DNA from: Bacteroidota bacterium
GTDB taxonomy: Bacteria; Bacteroidota; Bacteroidia; NS11-12g; UBA955
Direction of reading: 5' to 3'
DNA: 64,000 nucleotides
Assembly (NCBI GenBank): GCA_030834125.1
Contig: JAURFW010000011.1
Coordinates: 856 to 64,855, forward strand
In this document: positions 59,894-64,000 of the stretch, one piece after another
Numbering within the stretch: position 1 is the stretch's first letter
Layout: each line of letters begins with the position of its first letter
Made by a program: the position numbers and the translations under genes
Notes under the pieces: generated by a model
Told to the model about the DNA's origin: nothing
The model's input: only the letters and a program-made list of their open reading frames with translations
Database searches by the model: none

Positions 59894-61340
59894 TTTAAAT
59901 AACACTAAAAAAATTATACTTTGGATAATTCTTATTTCATTGGGAATAGGAATACCCTTTTCTGTAATTATGCAACAATATTGGGTATTGGCTATTCCCT
60001 TTGGAGTACTTACAATAGTTGCTGCGTTCATTTACACTGAAAATACACTTTTACTTGCGGGAGCAATAGCTCCATTATCGGTTAACTTTCAAGACTTAGG
60101 CAATGGATTAGGTATGTCGCTGCCTACCGAACCTATTTATATATTTCTCTTTGGATTATTAATATTCCATTCAATAAAGGAAAGGGCATTTATTGGAGAT
60201 GCATGGAAGCATCCGCTCACAATTATTGTGAGTATATATATATTTTGGTTGTGGTTCAGCTCAATTTTTTCTACCATGCCTATGGTGAGCATGAAATTCG
60301 CTCTAGCAAGATCTTGGTATATTACCTTGTTCTTTTATTTTGGGATTCGAATTTTCAATAATTATAACAAAATTCATTTCTTCATGAAATGGTTTGTTTT
60401 CTTTACCATTATTGTAGCCACATATACCTTATACATGCATTCTCAAGATGGATTTTCAAGAGCAGCAAGTTATGGAATATCCTGGCCGTTTTTTCCCGAT
60501 CATGGTATGTATGCGGCAGCTTTGGCATATGGAGTTTTTAGCTTGTTGATTTATACTTTTTACGTTCGACAATTTAATATTCAACTTGCTTGGGCACCAG
60601 TATTGTTTTTAGTTTTTACTTGGTTAATGTTTGCAATTGTAAACAGTTATACGCGAGCTACGTGGTTGAGTTTGATTATTGCAATTGGAGCCTGGTTATT
60701 GACGAAGTTTAGGATAAAATTCTTTTGGATAGTTATAGCATTTTTTATTGCATTAGGTGCGAGTTATCTAAAACAAGATGACATACAATATGCATTAGAA
60801 GCAAATAAACAAGGAAGTAGTGATGAGTTAGAGGGTCACGTGAAATCTGTATCAAATATATCTACAGACCCAAGTAATTTGGAAAGAATAAATCGATGGA
60901 AATGTGCCGCTAGAATGGTAAAGGAGAGACCAATTTTTGGTTTCGGCGCCGGTACTTATGTTTTTCAATATGGACCATTCCAAAAGTCGAGTGAATTAAC
61001 TATTATTAGCACTAATTCAGGAGACTTGGGAGATGCGCATAGTGAATATTTTTCTGCAATGAGTGAGATGGGTTTTCCGGGATTGGTGATTTGGTTAAGT
61101 TTTGTTTTTATTACCATCGGGGTTGCATTTCGAATTATTTATACCACAGAAAATTTGAAGATTAAATTAACCACCTACATGGCATTATTGGGATTAATTG
61201 CATACCATGCTCATGGTGTGTTAAATAACTACAGTCAATATGATAAGTTAGCCGTTCCTTTGTGGGCGTTTACAGCAATTATTGTTGCTTTGGATAGGAG
61301 GAATAATATGCTTTTAAATAATGTTAGGTCAAAAGAATAA
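59847..61340 (+). CDS. O-antigen ligase / Wzy_C family membrane protein
   Basis: Many transmembrane helices; SYTRATW, SNLERINRW, PIFGFGAG and DAHSEY...EMGFPG. Start uncertain (TTG 59847 or GTG 59874). Confidence 0.88.
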   Translation: MNYLKNLYRVSLILRDLNNTKKIILWIILISLGIGIPFSVIMQQYWVLAIPFGVLTIVAAFIYTENTLLLAGAIAPLSVNFQDLGNGLGMSLPTEPIYIFLFGLLIFHSIKERAFIGDAWKHPLTIIVSIYIFWLWFSSIFSTMPMVSMKFALARSWYITLFFYFGIRIFNNYNKIHFFMKWFVFFTIIVATYTLYMHSQDGFSRAASYGISWPFFPDHGMYAAALAYGVFSLLIYTFYVRQFNIQLAWAPVLFLVFTWLMFAIVNSYTRATWLSLIIAIGAWLLTKFRIKFFWIVIAFFIALGASYLKQDDIQYALEANKQGSSDELEGHVKSVSNISTDPSNLERINRWKCAARMVKERPIFGFGAGTYVFQYGPFQKSSELTIISTNSGDLGDAHSEYFSAMSEMGFPGLVIWLSFVFITIGVAFRIIYTTENLKIKLTTYMALLGLIAYHAHGVLNNYSQYDKLAVPLWAFTAIIVALDRRNNMLLNNVRSKE

Positions 61341-62355
61341 TAGGCTTTTTAAAACGGGAATTTTTATTAGCGTATCATTTACGTTGATCGGTGTTTTAGG
61401 CTATTTTTTAACTACTGATACTACTCCTAATGCAAATTTAATTAAACCTGAATGGGCAAGTTTAAAACCTGGAGCTAAAGTGTTCTTTTTTCAGGGTAAA
61501 CGTAAAACTGCTAGATCTATATTTTATGGATTTTGGGGAGATGAAAATTTAGGCGAACAGTTTAGTGTTGATCCAAGTTTTAAGGTGGCTAATGATGGTA
61601 AAAACTGGCATTATAAGTCTCTTAAAACTGGATTAGTTGAGGAAGTCGATCAAAAGTTAGTAGAAGGGGATTTACAAACTAAAACCTTTTGGCTGGGCTC
61701 AGATATTTTTGGAAGGGATGTAATGAGTAGGCTTATTATTGGTACTCGAATCTCCTTGAGTATTGGCTTGTTGTCTATGGTATTGTCCTTAGTGATTGGA
61801 ATAACAATAGGGTTATGTGCTGGTTACTTTGGAGGATGGGTTGATAAAGTTTTAAGTTGGTTGATAACTGTATTTTGGTCTGTTCCAACACTATTGCTTG
61901 CATTGGGTTTAAGTGTGTTTTTAGGTAAGGGCTATTTTCAGGTTTTAATAGCTACTGGATTAAGCACATGGGTGGAGGTAGCGCGTGTTGTGAGAGGGCA
62001 AACTTTAGAATTAAGTAAGCGTGAATTTATATTATCCTCAAAAATAACAGGATTCGGATCATTTCACATTATGTTCAAACACATTTTGCCTAACCTAACG
62101 GGAACACTTACTGTTTTGGCAACTACTAATTTTGCTTCAGCAATACTTTTAGAGGCAGGTTTAGGTTTTTTGGGTTTAGGAGTTGAACCACCTATACCAA
62201 GTTGGGGTACAATGGTGAAAGAAAATTTGGGATATCTTGTTTTAGACCAAGCTTATTTAGCAATAATTCCCGGAGTCGCAATTATGATTCTAGTAATGAG
62301 TTTTAATTTGCTCACAATGGGACTCCGAGACTATTTCTCAGAAGATTCGATTTAA
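61321..62355 (+). CDS. ABC transporter permease (OppC/DppC type)
   Basis: LGSDIFGRDVMSRL, ARVVRGQ, EFILSS, HILPN and EAGLGFLGLGVEPPIPSWG. Confidence 0.93.
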   Translation: MLGQKNNRLFKTGIFISVSFTLIGVLGYFLTTDTTPNANLIKPEWASLKPGAKVFFFQGKRKTARSIFYGFWGDENLGEQFSVDPSFKVANDGKNWHYKSLKTGLVEEVDQKLVEGDLQTKTFWLGSDIFGRDVMSRLIIGTRISLSIGLLSMVLSLVIGITIGLCAGYFGGWVDKVLSWLITVFWSVPTLLLALGLSVFLGKGYFQVLIATGLSTWVEVARVVRGQTLELSKREFILSSKITGFGSFHIMFKHILPNLTGTLTVLATTNFASAILLEAGLGFLGLGVEPPIPSWGTMVKENLGYLVLDQAYLAIIPGVAIMILVMSFNLLTMGLRDYFSEDSI

Positions 62356-64000
62356 TAAATTACCTCGAATTTTCTGCTATTGATTTCACCTTGTTCATTT
62401 TGGAAATTAATGATATATACGCCTATTTCTAGGTTAGAGGTATTAATATAACCATTAGATGGCTTTTCAAATAATTCAACAATTCTACCTTGAACATCAA
62501 TAACTTTAATCCACTTAGCATTTTTTAATCCAATTATTTGAATGGGTTGTCCTTTACTTACAGGATTGGGGAAAATGCTGATACTATTTTCTAAATTGTT
62601 AATTCCATTATGACTCACATTTACAGGTACAGTAGCTGTATCTTTGCAACCAGTTGTTGTGTGTGTTCCAATCATAGTAATATCATACTCTCCTGCCTGA
62701 TCGTAGGTATGGTCTGCACTGTTACCAGTTGTTGTATTTCCATCACCTAAATCCCATTCAATGGACATATTTGTAGTGTTTATTGGAGTACAAACTACTC
62801 TCCGTTGCCATAATAATTCCCATTGAAAACCAGCACTTGGACGATCAAGTGAATTTACTGTAATTGACATTCTATCTGATGTACAACCATTTTGAACGGT
62901 TTCGTAATAGACAGTTTTACTAGCAAATATTAAACCTAAATCTAAGGATGTACCTGAAGCAAATGATGATGTGGTAGTTTCATCCTCAAACCAATTAATT
63001 TGTCCGTAATCTATATCAAGACTAATAGATCCAGGAGTCTTGAAACAAACTGCAGGTGCATTAATGTTTTTTGCTGCTGGAGGGATGTTTACAATGATTT
63101 CTACACTATCGAAATTATCGTTAAGACAATTGCCATCATAGGTTTTAAAGTAGGCATATGATGGATTACTTTCCAGGCCGCCAACTCTGTTAAATTTACC
63201 TGTATAGTAGGGTGTAGATGATGTATTGTCATTAAACCACTTTACACCACCCCATAATGTAGAAGCCGCAATATCCGCAGAATCTCCATAACAAATTTCA
63301 TCTGAAAGTTTAGCGAATGTTGGTGGTGCTTGGCCAGCTGTGACTTTCACTGCAACCCTTCCGGATCCACAATTTCCATCCCAGGTTTCAACATAAAACG
63401 TTTTTTCTCCTCTATTTGAAATTGAAGCTTGGTATGTATTTCCCGTACCCAATGGGGTTCCACCGTTATCTACATCAAACCAACGAATTGTAGCCGATGA
63501 AGAGGTGCTTGCGTTCAAGTCTATTGTTGATGTTTGACCATTATAGCAAATGTTGGTGTCGGATAAACCTGTAGGTGCGGAAGGAGCAAAAGCACTTCCA
63601 ACAAAGGCTTGAACCATAACACGAGATGATTGATAAGCACAACCATTGTTATTTGCAGTAACATACAATGTAGTATCTGATGTAAGAGCAGAAGTTTTAT
63701 AGTTATTACCAATGAATACTGGACTTCCTCCAGAAGGTGAACTAAACCACATTGCAGTTCCATAATCTGGATTTGCTGATAGATTCGCATTTGCATTGGT
63801 ACACACCGAGTCGTTTGTTACCGAAATTTGGGTAGGATAGTTGCTTGCTGATACGTATGCAATATAGTCACGCGAAGTTTTACAAATTCCGTTAACTGCT
63901 TTTAATACAAATGTATCCGGATTTTGTATGTTTTGAATAGTGTAGGAGTTTCCTTTAAAAAACGGCGTATTGGAATTATATTGTGTATACCACTCCAGTG
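62352..64000 (-). CDS. Large T9SS type A cargo protein with tandem Ig-like repeats and a PKD domain (3' part; runs off the right end)
   Basis: The frame stays open to 64000 (LEWYTQYNSNTPFFKGNSY...). It has about 80-aa repeats of the form C...W...G...Y...GC.S.R..V, a PKD motif WDLGDG...HTYDQAGEY, and a sorting domain IFPNPV...GVYII...RKFEVIY. Confidence 0.9.
   Translation of the reverse strand, partial: LEWYTQYNSNTPFFKGNSYTIQNIQNPDTFVLKAVNGICKTSRDYIAYVSASNYPTQISVTNDSVCTNANANLSANPDYGTAMWFSSPSGGSPVFIGNNYKTSALTSDTTLYVTANNNGCAYQSSRVMVQAFVGSAFAPSAPTGLSDTNICYNGQTSTIDLNASTSSSATIRWFDVDNGGTPLGTGNTYQASISNRGEKTFYVETWDGNCGSGRVAVKVTAGQAPPTFAKLSDEICYGDSADIAASTLWGGVKWFNDNTSSTPYYTGKFNRVGGLESNPSYAYFKTYDGNCLNDNFDSVEIIVNIPPAAKNINAPAVCFKTPGSISLDIDYGQINWFEDETTTSSFASGTSLDLGLIFASKTVYYETVQNGCTSDRMSITVNSLDRPSAGFQWELLWQRRVVCTPINTTNMSIEWDLGDGNTTTGNSADHTYDQAGEYDITMIGTHTTTGCKDTATVPVNVSHNGINNLENSISIFPNPVSKGQPIQIIGLKNAKWIKVIDVQGRIVELFEKPSNGYINTSNLEIGVYIINFQNEQGEINSRKFEVIY

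Noticed and set aside
63521-63796. Alternative-frame ORF inside the T9SS repeat protein
   Set aside because: It is an out-of-frame shadow; the main frame is open and motif-rich, with no sign of a frameshift.
1-64000. CRISPR arrays, tRNA/rRNA genes, IS elements, prophage and defence systems
   Set aside because: No spaced repeats, RNA gene signatures, or transposase, integrase or phage proteins were seen, and all intergenic gaps are under 200 bp.

Overview
A gene-dense, AT-rich (roughly one third GC by eye) chromosomal segment from a member of Bacteroidota. The assignment rests on TAnnTTTG (-7) promoter boxes, no obvious Shine-Dalgarno sequences, T9SS C-terminal domains, Gln after signal peptides, and the ileS-dksA-lspA and mutL-rhomboid-rhomboid-EEP gene orders. 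It holds about 50 protein genes. Most are housekeeping (gltA, lysS, ileS, gltX, ribBA, der, rlmN, rlmB, folA, nadK, htpG, recX, mutL, prmA, ndk, kdsC). The rest include two TonB-dependent receptors, three probable T9SS cargo proteins, two GH13 alpha-glucanases with an MFS sugar transporter, and glycan-assembly genes. I saw no rRNA, tRNA, CRISPR array, prophage or transposase. The most notable observations are: (1) at least 11 genes have a consensus -7 promoter box only 4-5 nt before the ATG, which implies widespread leaderless mRNAs; (2) a T9SS-secreted alpha/beta-hydrolase with Gly in place of the catalytic Ser sits directly behind a TonB-dependent receptor, a candidate ligand-capture and uptake module; (3) htpG has a sigma54-like -24/-12 element with two helically phased TGACA boxes; (4) a TMEM260/DUF2723 glycosyltransferase lies next to UDP-GlcA and UDP-Xyl synthesis genes. 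All functional calls come from motif recognition by eye; no database searches were run.
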